Assembly (NCBI GenBank): GCA_910577815.1
Contig: CAJTNO010000003.1
Span: 1,586-65,585, forward strand
Origin: an uncultured Christensenella sp.
Lineage (GTDB): Bacteria > Bacillota > Clostridia > Christensenellales > CAG-917
Direction: 5' to 3'
Length of the DNA stretch: 64,000 bases
Shown: positions 55,100 to 64,000 of the stretch, piece by piece
Layout: each line of letters opens with the position of its first letter
Position numbering within the stretch: position 1 is the first letter of the stretch
Program-made: the position numbers and the translations under genes
The notes under the pieces: generated by a model
Databases searched by the model: none
Seen by the model: only the letters and a program-made list of their open reading frames with translations
Told to the model about the DNA's origin: nothing

Positions 55100-57046
55100 A
55101 TGGATAATCTTGCAAGAATGAAGCAGCTTGTGGACACGCTCAACGAATGGGCGAGGCTTTATTATGAGGAGGACGCCCCCGTTGTGTCCGACGCGGAATA
55201 TGACAAATTGTACGACGAGCTGCGCAGGCTTGAGGATGAAAACGGCTATAAGCTTAACAACAGTCCTACGCGCAGAGTAGGCGGCGCGCCTAAAAAGAAG
55301 TTTGAGCAGTCGGAGCATCTTGCAAGGCTTTACAGTCTTGATAAATGTCAATCTAAGGACGAGTTTGAAGAATGGTGCGCAAGAGTGGTTAAAGCCGTGG
55401 GATATTTACCCGAGCTTACCTGCGAGTATAAATTTGACGGACTTACGTTAAATCTGTTGTACGAAAACGGCAGGCTGTCAAAGGCGACGACAAGGGGCGA
55501 CGGAACGGTCGGGGAAATTGTAACCGAGCAGGTCAAAACTATAAAAAAATTGCCGGCGGAAATCAGCTTTAAGGGCGTTATAGAAATACAGGGCGAAGGT
55601 ATTTTAAGATTAAGTCAGCTTGAGAAATATAATTCCACGGCGAACGAGCCGCTTAAAAACGCGCGTAACGGAGCGGCGGGAGCAATACGAAATCTTGACC
55701 CTGCCGTAACCGAAGAACGCGGACTGAGCTTTATGGCTTACAATATCGGCTACAGCGAAAAAAGCTTTAAAACTCAAGCGGAAATGCGCGAATTTCTAAA
55801 GGCGGAAGGCTTTGAAGTCGAGGGTGCGTTTGAAGTGGCAAAGGGTATATCTAATGCGGTTAATTTCGCGGACGATACCGAGACTAAAAGGTCGGAGCTC
55901 GATTATTTGATTGACGGCGTGGTATTTAAGGTGAACGACGTTGCGCTTCGCGACGAGATAGGCGTAACCGAGAAATTTCCCAAATGGGCGGTAGCGTACA
56001 AGTTTAAAGCCGACGAGATGACAACGCGATTGAACGATGTTGTATGGCAGGTATCCAGAAGCGCAAAGCTCAATCCTATAGCTATTCTCGAGCCTGTGGA
56101 TATCGGCGGGGTAACCGTTGCCCGCGCTACGCTTAACAACTACGGCGACATCCAAAAAAAGCGCGTGCGTATCGGCGACAGAGTATTTATAAGACGCAGT
56201 AACGACGTCATTCCCGAAATAATGGGAGTGGCGACCGAGGAGGACGGAGCAAGGGTAATAGAAAAGCCGAAGGTCTGTCCCGTATGCGGTGCGCCCGTAA
56301 AGGAGATTGGCGCGTTTTTGTATTGTACGGGAGAAGAATGCGCGCCGCAGATTGTGTCTAAGCTTGACCACTTTGCATCTAAGGACGCTATGGATATAGA
56401 CGGCTTTTCCGAAAAAACCGCAGAACAGTTTTACAACGAGATAGGGCTTAAGGACGCCGTAGGACTTATGCGGCTTACCTCCTTCGACCTGTACGGGCTT
56501 GAGGGTTTTGCCGACAAAAAAATAGCAAATCTGCTAAACGCTATCGAAGCGTCCAAGAAAACCACCTTGGATAGATTTGTTTTTGCGCTCGGTATAGACG
56601 GTATCGGCAAAAAGACGGCTAAGGACCTTGTCAAAAAGTTCGGAAATCTCGATAATCTGAAAAATGCGAGCATAGAGGAGCTTAACGCGGTTGACGGAAT
56701 AGGCGGAATTCTTGCCGCTAACGTGTACGATTATTTTCACAACGAAGATAATCTGCAATATATTGCAAATCTTATTGACTGCGGCATTGCATTTAAGGAG
56801 ACAGAGAAGAAAAGCGGCGTATTCAGCGGTATGAAAGTTGTGCTTACAGGCTCGCTTCCCACTTATAAACGAGGCGAGGCTACCAAGCTGATAGAAAATA
56901 ACGGCGGAGAGGTTGCGAGCGCGGTTTCAAAATCCGTCAATTTAGTTGTCGCGGGAGAGGACGCGGGGTCTAAGCTCGAAAAGGCGGAAAAGCTTGGCAT
57001 AAGGATTATAGACGAAAACGAATTTAAATCTATGCTCGGTATTTGA
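55100..57046 (+). CDS. ligA: NAD-dependent DNA ligase
   Basis: 648 aa. Adenylation motif CEYKFDGL, OB fold, Zn finger CPVCGAPV...C, HhH repeats and a BRCT domain. Confidence 0.95.
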   Translation: MDNLARMKQLVDTLNEWARLYYEEDAPVVSDAEYDKLYDELRRLEDENGYKLNNSPTRRVGGAPKKKFEQSEHLARLYSLDKCQSKDEFEEWCARVVKAVGYLPELTCEYKFDGLTLNLLYENGRLSKATTRGDGTVGEIVTEQVKTIKKLPAEISFKGVIEIQGEGILRLSQLEKYNSTANEPLKNARNGAAGAIRNLDPAVTEERGLSFMAYNIGYSEKSFKTQAEMREFLKAEGFEVEGAFEVAKGISNAVNFADDTETKRSELDYLIDGVVFKVNDVALRDEIGVTEKFPKWAVAYKFKADEMTTRLNDVVWQVSRSAKLNPIAILEPVDIGGVTVARATLNNYGDIQKKRVRIGDRVFIRRSNDVIPEIMGVATEEDGARVIEKPKVCPVCGAPVKEIGAFLYCTGEECAPQIVSKLDHFASKDAMDIDGFSEKTAEQFYNEIGLKDAVGLMRLTSFDLYGLEGFADKKIANLLNAIEASKKTTLDRFVFALGIDGIGKKTAKDLVKKFGNLDNLKNASIEELNAVDGIGGILAANVYDYFHNEDNLQYIANLIDCGIAFKETEKKSGVFSGMKVVLTGSLPTYKRGEATKLIENNGGEVASAVSKSVNLVVAGEDAGSKLEKAEKLGIRIIDENEFKSMLGI

Positions 57047-57193
57047 TTTGATAGCGGTTGGTTATTTTGATAAGAGTGAATGGGTTTTCGCTCTTATTTT
57101 TTTAAATACGGTTATGAATATTGCGCAAACGGTTGTTTTTATGAATTAAATTGTGTTATAATACTAAAAATTTATTCAGGCGGGTACGCGCGT

Positions 57194-58072
57194 ATGCACA
57201 GTATGACGGGCTACGGGAAGGGAGTTGCCAAGGCCGACGGCAAAGCCATTACTATCGAAATTAAATCCGTAAATCACAGATATCTCGACCTCGGTATTAA
57301 AATGCCCAGAAGCTTTATGTTTTTGGAGGATTCCGTAAAGAAATCAATAGGCGGAGTTATTGCGCGCGGTCACGTAGATTTGTTTTTGACATACGAGCAG
57401 GAAGCTGCGGCGGACGACGGCGCGTTCACTTTGGACGTCGAGCTTGCAAAAAACTATCTCGAGGTTGCTTCGCGTCTTGCCGAATGCACCGGCGTTGACA
57501 ACGATATCACGCTTACCGCTCTTGCCAAGGTTCCCGATATAATCAAGCGCGAGCAGCCTGCAGAGGACGAGGATAAGCTGCGTATCTTGACCGAAGAAGC
57601 GTTAAAGGCGGCACTTTGCAATCTTAAGTCTATGCGCGAAAAAGAGGGACAGGCGCTATTGACGGACATTTCAGGCAAGCTTGATAATATCGCCGATTCT
57701 TTGGCTGTCATAAAGGAAAACGCTCCTAAAGTTGTTGAAAATTACAGGACGGGACTCGAAGCGAGAATAGCGGAGGTTTTAGAGCCTAATAAGGTGGATA
57801 TGCAGCGTCTTGCGACAGAAGTCGCATTGTATGCCGACCATTGCGCGATAGACGAGGAAATTACAAGACTTACGGCGCACATAGCGCATATGCGCACGCT
57901 TTTGAAGTCGACCGAGCCGGTGGGCAGAAAGATGGAATTCCTTGTGCAGGAGTTTAACCGCGAAACCAATACGATAGGCTCTAAGGCAAACGATTTGAGT
58001 ATTACCGCGGAGGTGCTCAAAATCAAGAACGAAATAGAAAAAATAAGAGAGCAATCCGCAAATATAGAATAA
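57194..58072 (+). CDS. yicC: YicC/YloC-family protein (stress-induced endoribonuclease family)
   Basis: ATG at 57194 gives MHSMTGYGKG, the family-typical MxSMTG[FY]G N-terminus. The C-terminal EFNRETNTIGSKAND motif is present. The track start at 57080 is too early. Confidence 0.85.
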   Translation: MHSMTGYGKGVAKADGKAITIEIKSVNHRYLDLGIKMPRSFMFLEDSVKKSIGGVIARGHVDLFLTYEQEAAADDGAFTLDVELAKNYLEVASRLAECTGVDNDITLTALAKVPDIIKREQPAEDEDKLRILTEEALKAALCNLKSMREKEGQALLTDISGKLDNIADSLAVIKENAPKVVENYRTGLEARIAEVLEPNKVDMQRLATEVALYADHCAIDEEITRLTAHIAHMRTLLKSTEPVGRKMEFLVQEFNRETNTIGSKANDLSITAEVLKIKNEIEKIREQSANIE

Positions 58073-58117
58073 TACGGTTGAAAAGCCCGAAGTTGACTTC
58101 GGGAAAGGAAGCATTAT

Positions 58118-58723
58118 ATGTCAGATAAACAAGGTATGCTTATTGTTGTATCGGGATTCAGCGGAGTAGGCAAGGGTACGGTGGTGCAGCTTGTTTTCGA
58201 AAGCCTGCCAAACATACAGTTTTCCATATCCTGTACAACCCGAAAGCCGCGTAGCGGAGAGGAGAACGGAGTAAATTACTTTTTCCTTAGCGAGGAAGAA
58301 TTCGAGCAGAAGATAGCAAATGACGAATTTGTGGAGTATACCAAGACCTTTACCAATTATTACGGAACGCTCAAAAGCGAAATAGACAAGCCCTTGAAGC
58401 AGGGAGTCGACGTATTGCTGGAGCTTAACGTAGTAGGGGCGCGCCGCATCAAGGAGATGTATCCCGACAGCGTTACGGTATTTATAACGCCGCCGTCGAT
58501 AGCCGCTTTAAAGGCAAGGCTGATAGGGCGAGGCTCGGAGACTCAAGACAGCATCGAACGCAGACTCAGGGAAATAGAAAACGAAAGCAAGGATATAGAA
58601 AAATACGATTATTGCGTAACAAACAATATCGCCCGCACCTGTGCGGATGAAATTGTGAATATAATAAGAAGCGAGCATCTTAAGGTGTCTCGTCAGAATT
58701 TAAAAAATTTATTTAATGAATGA
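58118..58723 (+). CDS. gmk: Guanylate kinase
   Basis: 201 aa. GFSGVGKGT P-loop, TTRKPRSGEENGVNYFF. Confidence 0.95.
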   Translation: MSDKQGMLIVVSGFSGVGKGTVVQLVFESLPNIQFSISCTTRKPRSGEENGVNYFFLSEEEFEQKIANDEFVEYTKTFTNYYGTLKSEIDKPLKQGVDVLLELNVVGARRIKEMYPDSVTVFITPPSIAALKARLIGRGSETQDSIERRLREIENESKDIEKYDYCVTNNIARTCADEIVNIIRSEHLKVSRQNLKNLFNE

Positions 58724-58734
58724 GGTATATAACT

Positions 58735-58929
58735 ATGATGATTGACCCCCCCATTGATAAGCTTATCAAGCGCGCCGAGTGCCGTTATGCGCTTACCTGC
58801 GCGGTTGCAAAGAGAACCAGAGAGCTTGTAACAAGCGAAAGCTCATATCTCGAGGAGAGCGGAGAAAAACCGATTTCTCTTGCCTGTAAGGAAATATACG
58901 AGGGCAAGATTAAGATAGTACACGGCTGA
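58735..58929 (+). CDS. rpoZ: DNA-directed RNA polymerase subunit omega
   Basis: MMIDPPIDKLIKRAECRYALTCAVAKRTRELV. GAGG lies 9-10 nt upstream of the ATG at 58735. The track start at 58720 has no RBS. Confidence 0.85.
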   Translation: MMIDPPIDKLIKRAECRYALTCAVAKRTRELVTSESSYLEESGEKPISLACKEIYEGKIKIVHG

Positions 58930-58931
58930 TT

Positions 58932-60113
58932 ATGCTTTGCGGAAAGAGCGTAGTACTCGGCGTAAGCGGCGGCATAGCGTGCTATAAAGCCTGTGAAATC
59001 GTTTCGCGCCTTAAAAAAGCGGGAGCGGACGTAGACGTTATTATGACGGAACACGCCCGTGAGTTTGTTGCGCCTCTTACCTTTCAGACTCTTGCTAAAT
59101 CCGCCGTTGTCGTTGACGAATTCAAGCCTGTCAAGGGCTACGACATAAAGCATATTTCGCTTGCAAAAAAAGCAGATATTTTTGTTGTAGCTCCGGCTAC
59201 GGCGAATATTATAGCCAAGTTTGCAAACGGAATTGCCGACGATATGCTGTCTACTACTTATTTAGCGAGCAATGCTGTAAAGCTGATTTGTCCGGCAATG
59301 AACGTAAATATGTATGAGGACTCGGTTACTCAAAAAAATATAGCGTCGCTTAAAAATTCGGGCGTTATATTCTGCGAGCCGGGCGAAGGACTGCTCGCCT
59401 GCGGAGATATCGGAAAGGGCAGAATGGCAGAGCCCGAGGCTATTGTAAAAGCAATTACGGAGATTTTAACTCCGTTGCAGGATTTGGATGGGAAAACCGT
59501 GCTTATAACCGCGGGCGGAACGGAGGAAAATATCGATGCCGTACGCGTTATTACAAACAAGTCATCCGGCAAAATGGGCGCGGCGATTGCGTCCGCCTGT
59601 ATGGACAGGGGCGCGGATGTTATATTTGTACACGGCAATATTTCGGTTGAACCTCCAAAGGGAGTGAAAGCGGTTAAGGTGCGTACTACGCAGGAGATGT
59701 ACGACGTGTGCAACCGCGAGTTTATAAACTGCGATATTGCAATTCTTGCGGGGGCACCTGCGGACTACCGCCCGAAAAAGGTGTCCGAAAATAAAATCAA
59801 AAGCGAAAATTTGACCGTTGAATTTGTTAAAAATCCTGATATAGCCAAGAGCCTCGGTGAAGTTAAAGGCAATAAAAGATTGATTATTTTTGCGGCGGAA
59901 ACGGAAAATCTTTTAGACAATGCAAAGGGTAAGCTGTTGCGTAAGCACGCCGACCTTGTTGTCGCAAACGACGTAACCGCCAAAGGCGCGGGCTTTGACG
60001 TCGATACCAATATCGCTACGCTAATAGACTCTTGCGGCAACATTAGCGAGAGCGGAAAAGTGAGCAAGCGACAGCTTGCGGATTTGATAATCGATAAGGT
60101 GCTTGCACTATGA
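58932..60113 (+). CDS. coaBC: Bifunctional phosphopantothenoylcysteine decarboxylase / phosphopantothenate-cysteine ligase
   Basis: 393 aa. N-terminal flavoprotein domain (VLGVSGGIACYK, PATANIIAKFANGIADD) and a C-terminal CoaB domain (ITNKSSGKMG). Confidence 0.95.
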   Translation: MLCGKSVVLGVSGGIACYKACEIVSRLKKAGADVDVIMTEHAREFVAPLTFQTLAKSAVVVDEFKPVKGYDIKHISLAKKADIFVVAPATANIIAKFANGIADDMLSTTYLASNAVKLICPAMNVNMYEDSVTQKNIASLKNSGVIFCEPGEGLLACGDIGKGRMAEPEAIVKAITEILTPLQDLDGKTVLITAGGTEENIDAVRVITNKSSGKMGAAIASACMDRGADVIFVHGNISVEPPKGVKAVKVRTTQEMYDVCNREFINCDIAILAGAPADYRPKKVSENKIKSENLTVEFVKNPDIAKSLGEVKGNKRLIIFAAETENLLDNAKGKLLRKHADLVVANDVTAKGAGFDVDTNIATLIDSCGNISESGKVSKRQLADLIIDKVLAL

Positions 60114-62284
60114 TTTTACAGGTCATTGTCGATATTTCCACCAACGACGTAGACAGAGCCTTCGATTACGAGGGCGAGGATATGCCAATCGGCAGTCGCG
60201 TGGCGGTAGATTTCGGCAATCAGCGACTGATAGGATTTGTGATTGGTAAGAAAGAGCAATCCGAATATCCCAATCTTAAAATAGCTAAGTACCTTGATAC
60301 GCCTATAAGTTCCGAACAGCTGGAACTTTTATATTTTATGAGAGAGGCGTATCATCTGAGATACATAGACGCGCTGAGACTGTTTGTGCCCGCTAAGCTT
60401 AGAGAAGAACGCGACCCCGAATTTACGCGCGCGTTTATGCGCATAGACGATGAACGTAGTATTGACGAATTATGCGCCGCGGTGGGTAAAAACGCTAAAA
60501 AGCAGTTAGAGGCGTTAAAATATCTTGCTTCCGAGGGCGGACAGTTCCTTAGTGTGATGACAGCCAAATTCGGAGTATCCGCCATAAAAGGCTTGCGTGA
60601 TAAAAACGTAGTGATTATGAGCGCCGTACACGAGCGAAGCGCGCCTATGAATACGTTGTCAAAATCAAAAAAAGAGGTTACGCTTACTCCCGCACAGCAG
60701 AACGCTGTAAACAAAATAACCAACGGAAATGGCGTTTTTCTGTTGCACGGAGTGACAGGCTCGGGAAAGACGGAGATTTACGAGCGCGTAATCGAAAATA
60801 TGCTTGCTATAGGCAGAACGGCAATAATGCTTGTTCCTGAAATTTCGCTTACTCCTCAGATGCTCGGTTTATTCCGCGCAAGGTTCGGCGACGGAGTTGC
60901 TATTCTTCACAGCGGATTGAACGCGAGTGAAAGATACGACGAGTGGAAACGGCTTAAGGACGGCGAGGCAAAAATAGCTATAGGGGCGCGCTCCGCTATA
61001 TTTGCTCCTCTTGAAAATTTAGGTACTATCATCATAGACGAGGAGCACGATACAAGCTATCAGAGCGAATCCAATCCGCGCTACGATACCAAGAGCGTTG
61101 CAAAATTTCGCGCTCAGCTTGCGGGAGCTACGCTCGTGCTCGGCTCGGCTACTCCGGATATGGAATCCTATATGTCGGCAAACAAAGGGGATTATAGTTT
61201 AATTTCCTTACCCGAACGCATATCGCGGCATAAATTGCCCGAAATGGAAATAGTGGATATGACGCAGGAATTCCGCAGCGGAAACCGCTCGATTTTTTCC
61301 AAAGCGCTTACGGACGCGATAGGAGAAACTCTTTCTCGCGGCGAGCAGGCTATGCTGTTTTTAAATCGCAGAGGCTTCGCGTCGTTTATACGATGTAAGG
61401 AATGCGGTTATATTGCAAAATGCGAGGACTGCGACGTATCGCTGACCTATCATAAGCAGGACAATGAGCTTAAGTGCCATTATTGCGGACGCCGTTATCA
61501 CGCATTGACCAAGTGTCCGAATTGCGGAAGCGTAGAAATAAAGCAGGGACGTATCGGTACCGAAAAGGTGGTGGAGGAGCTTAAGGCGCAGTTTCCCGAC
61601 GTCCGCGTTCTCAGAATGGACAACGATACTACTACGCGCCGCGACAGTTATTTTAAAATTCTGTCGGCGTTCGGCGCGCACGAGGCGGACGTGCTGGTAG
61701 GCACGCAGATGATTGCGAAGGGACACGATTTTTCAAACGTGACGTTAGTGGGCATACTCGAAGCGGACGCTGCGCTGTATTTCAGCGATTACCGTTCCTC
61801 CGAGCGTACCTTTCAGCTGATAACGCAGGTTGCGGGCAGAGCGGGCAGAGCTGAGAAGCAAGGCAGGGTAATTCTGCAGACCTATGCGCCGAAACACTAT
61901 GTTTTCCGCTTCGGAAGAACGTATGACTACGTAGGATTTTGGAAAAAGGAAATAAATACTCGTTTAGTCACCAAATTTCCGCCTTATACCAAAATCGTAA
62001 GAGTGCTGTTGACCTCGCTTGACGAGCAGGACGTAGTGGATTGCACGCGTAATGTTTATAAAAGCATACAGGCGTTGGAAAAGGAATACGGTAAATTCGT
62101 GTACCTCGGCGCGGCAAAGTCTCCCGTAACGCGAATGAACGGCTTAATCCGCTATCAGGTGCTTATGAGGATAGAGCCGGATATTTTCGGCGCAGTTATG
62201 CAAAAAATTTATAAGACGGCTGACAGCAACCGTCCTAAAAAAGGCAGTATCTTTGTAGAGGTAAATCCGCAAAGTCTGATATAA
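60110..62284 (+). CDS. priA: Primosomal replication restart protein N' (PriA helicase)
   Basis: 724 aa. Walker A GVTGSGKTE, DEEHD, and a Cys4-Cys4 zinc module (CKECGYIAKCEDCD...CHYCG...CPNCGS). Confidence 0.95.
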   Translation: MILQVIVDISTNDVDRAFDYEGEDMPIGSRVAVDFGNQRLIGFVIGKKEQSEYPNLKIAKYLDTPISSEQLELLYFMREAYHLRYIDALRLFVPAKLREERDPEFTRAFMRIDDERSIDELCAAVGKNAKKQLEALKYLASEGGQFLSVMTAKFGVSAIKGLRDKNVVIMSAVHERSAPMNTLSKSKKEVTLTPAQQNAVNKITNGNGVFLLHGVTGSGKTEIYERVIENMLAIGRTAIMLVPEISLTPQMLGLFRARFGDGVAILHSGLNASERYDEWKRLKDGEAKIAIGARSAIFAPLENLGTIIIDEEHDTSYQSESNPRYDTKSVAKFRAQLAGATLVLGSATPDMESYMSANKGDYSLISLPERISRHKLPEMEIVDMTQEFRSGNRSIFSKALTDAIGETLSRGEQAMLFLNRRGFASFIRCKECGYIAKCEDCDVSLTYHKQDNELKCHYCGRRYHALTKCPNCGSVEIKQGRIGTEKVVEELKAQFPDVRVLRMDNDTTTRRDSYFKILSAFGAHEADVLVGTQMIAKGHDFSNVTLVGILEADAALYFSDYRSSERTFQLITQVAGRAGRAEKQGRVILQTYAPKHYVFRFGRTYDYVGFWKKEINTRLVTKFPPYTKIVRVLLTSLDEQDVVDCTRNVYKSIQALEKEYGKFVYLGAAKSPVTRMNGLIRYQVLMRIEPDIFGAVMQKIYKTADSNRPKKGSIFVEVNPQSLI

Positions 62285-62309
62285 CTTAAAAACATAAGAC
62301 AGGTGTAAT

Positions 62310-62765
62310 ATGGCAAAGAGAATTATCGTAAAGGTTCCCGACCCTATACTCGGTAAAAAGTGCAGAGAGGTGGATACCTTCGACGAAAGACTGTGGACGC
62401 TTCTCGATGATATGAAGGATACCGTTAAGGCGGCAAACGGAGCGGGACTCGCGGCTCCGCAGGTTGCCGTACTCAAGCGCGTATGCGTAGTGGATACCGA
62501 GGACGGATATTTTGAGCTTATAAATCCTGTTGTAAGGTTTCAAAGCGGCGCTCAGACAGGGGTGGAAGGCTGTCTTTCCGTGCCAAAAAAATACGGCACG
62601 GTCACGCGTCCGATGAAAATATCCGTATTGGCAAAGGATAGATTCGGGCAGGATGTAAAATATAAGGTCAGCGGCTTTACCGCGCGTGCGTTTATGCACG
62701 AAATAGACCATCTTGACGGCATAGTTTACACGTCAAAGGCTATTGATATGACCGACGGCGAATAG
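62310..62765 (+). CDS. def: Peptide deformylase
   Basis: 151 aa. GAGLAAPQ, EGCLS and HEIDHLDG motifs. Confidence 0.95.
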   Translation: MAKRIIVKVPDPILGKKCREVDTFDERLWTLLDDMKDTVKAANGAGLAAPQVAVLKRVCVVDTEDGYFELINPVVRFQSGAQTGVEGCLSVPKKYGTVTRPMKISVLAKDRFGQDVKYKVSGFTARAFMHEIDHLDGIVYTSKAIDMTDGE

Positions 62766-62773
62766 AGGTGAAT

Positions 62774-63769
62774 ATGAAAATAGTATTTATGGGAACTCCC
62801 GATTTTTCGGCAGTCGTGCTCGACAGATTAAATCAAGCGTATCCGGTATGCGCTGTCGTCACCGCTCCCGATAAGCCGACGGGCAGAGGCTATAAGCTAC
62901 AGCCGTCACCGCTCAAGCAAAAGGCGGAGGCATTGAAAATCCCTGTCTTGCAGTATTCAAAGGTATCTAAGGAGGGCATTGACGAAATCCGCGAGTTAGC
63001 GCCGGATTTGGTTGTTACCGCCGCCTTCGGTCAGATACTCAGCGAAGCTTTTTTGAGTATTCCTAAATACGGCGTGCTTAACGTTCACGCCTCGCTGCTC
63101 CCCAAATACAGAGGCTCGTCGCCCATTCAGCACGCGATACTCGACGGAGAAAAGGAGACCGGCATAACCATTATGCGTACGGTAAAGGAGGTCGACGCCG
63201 GAGATATTTTGCTACAGAAGCGCGTCGAGATTGGAGAGAGAGAAACCGCGGGCGAGTTGTTTGACAGACTTGCCGTAGTGGGCGGTCAGGCTATTGTAGA
63301 GGCTATTAAACTGATAGAGAGCGGCATTGCCGAATTCACTGAACAGGACGACTCGGCGGCAACTCATTGCAGTATGATATCAAAGGACGACGGAATACTT
63401 CATTTCAGCCGTACGGCGGAGGAGCTTAACAGATTTGTGCGGGGAATGACGCCGTGGCCGTCCGCTTATACCTATTTGGGCGACAAGACTTTAAAAGTAT
63501 TTGAAATCGAAATTATCGACGACCCCGATAAATTCGGAGAAATCGGCGTAAGCTTTATGCTTGACCCGAAGTTTGACGGCGATATCAGCAAGCTCGATAG
63601 ATGCGGAGTAGTTGTTGCCGCCGACGTAAAGCACGGATTGGTAGTTACCGCAAAGAACGATAACGCGTTTATACGTCTTAAGCAAATTCAGTTGGAGGGA
63701 GCTAAAAAGATGTCCGACGTTGAATTCCTCCGCGGCAGGAAGATTGAAATCGGAACGGTACTCGGCTGA
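62774..63769 (+). CDS. fmt: Methionyl-tRNA formyltransferase
   Basis: ATG at 62774 (MKIVFMGTPDFS) is preceded by AGGTG. NVHASLLPKYRGSSPIQ is present. The track start at 62768 is GTG. Confidence 0.9.
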   Translation: MKIVFMGTPDFSAVVLDRLNQAYPVCAVVTAPDKPTGRGYKLQPSPLKQKAEALKIPVLQYSKVSKEGIDEIRELAPDLVVTAAFGQILSEAFLSIPKYGVLNVHASLLPKYRGSSPIQHAILDGEKETGITIMRTVKEVDAGDILLQKRVEIGERETAGELFDRLAVVGGQAIVEAIKLIESGIAEFTEQDDSAATHCSMISKDDGILHFSRTAEELNRFVRGMTPWPSAYTYLGDKTLKVFEIEIIDDPDKFGEIGVSFMLDPKFDGDISKLDRCGVVVAADVKHGLVVTAKNDNAFIRLKQIQLEGAKKMSDVEFLRGRKIEIGTVLG

Positions 63770-64000
63770 TGAAAAAGCATATATTGCAGGCTCACCGAAT
63801 TCTGTTGCGCATCGAAAGTCAAAACGCCTACAGCAATATGGCGATGTATGACGGGGACGTCAGCGATATGGCGACTCTGCTTGTCTATGGCGTGCTTGAA
63901 AACAGTATCCGCATAGACTATATTCTTAACTCGCTTGTCAGCAAGAAGCCGCAACGCGCGATAAACGTCTTATTGAAAATAGGCGTATACGCTATTGAAA
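63769..64000 (+). CDS. rsmB: 16S rRNA (cytosine967-C5)-methyltransferase RsmB, N-terminal NusB-like part (runs off the right edge)
   Basis: ATG overlaps the fmt stop (TGATG). Hand translation gives MKKHILQAHRILLRIESQNAYSNMAMYDG...LVYGVLENSIRIDYIL, which is RsmB/NusB-like. Conserved def-fmt-rsmB order. Confidence 0.7.
   Translation, partial: MKKHILQAHRILLRIESQNAYSNMAMYDGDVSDMATLLVYGVLENSIRIDYILNSLVSKKPQRAINVLLKIGVYAIE

Overview
This window is a largely housekeeping chromosomal segment from an anaerobic Bacillota (Clostridia-like) genome. That assignment rests on gene content and order. About 60 protein genes are supported, most on the + strand.

Gene content, left to right:
- a gldA-dhaK glycerol/dihydroxyacetone operon (minus strand) and nadE
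- a five-gene HydABC/Hnd-type electron-bifurcating [FeFe]-hydrogenase operon
- a Bacillus-type large SRP RNA (ffs)
- an ABC-2 exporter pair and tRNA-Gly(CCC)
- ileS, a methyltransferase, an RluA-family synthase, an acyl-CoA ligase and a sugar-phosphate isomerase
- a sigma-like protein, ylbJ and tmcAL (minus strand)
- pta-ackA, then rpmF-plsX-rnc-smc-ftsY
- ylxM-ffh-rpsP-khpA-rimM-trmD-rbgA-rnhB-yraN-rplS
- a CBM/polytopic membrane protein and a GDPD phosphodiesterase
- lepA-hemW, a prs-like gene, an MBL hydrolase and rho
- tRNA-Ser(GGA) and a solo IS200-type element with a nonsense-disrupted tnpA
- a DUF885 lipoprotein, an amidase and a histone-H1-like/YegP protein
- pcrA-ligA, then yicC-gmk-rpoZ-coaBC-priA-def-fmt-rsmB

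I saw no CRISPR array, prophage or recognisable defence island.

Observations most worth a second look:
1. The 3' half of the SRP RNA, together with its terminator, is tandemly repeated about 2.7 times with a 183-bp period. Only the first copy keeps a helix-5 base pair in my hand fold.
2. The SRP RNA helix-8 apical loop does not read as the canonical GNRA tetraloop.
3. The HydA L1 motif reads TSCSPAW instead of TSCCPxW.
4. A 513-aa protein combines an acidic head, a roughly 250-aa Ala/Lys/Thr/Pro histone-H1-like tract and two C-terminal YegP/DUF1508 domains.
5. A strong promoter drives a roughly 90-nt structured RNA just upstream of tRNA-Ser.

All calls come from reading the sequence and from remembered family motifs. 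No database search was run.
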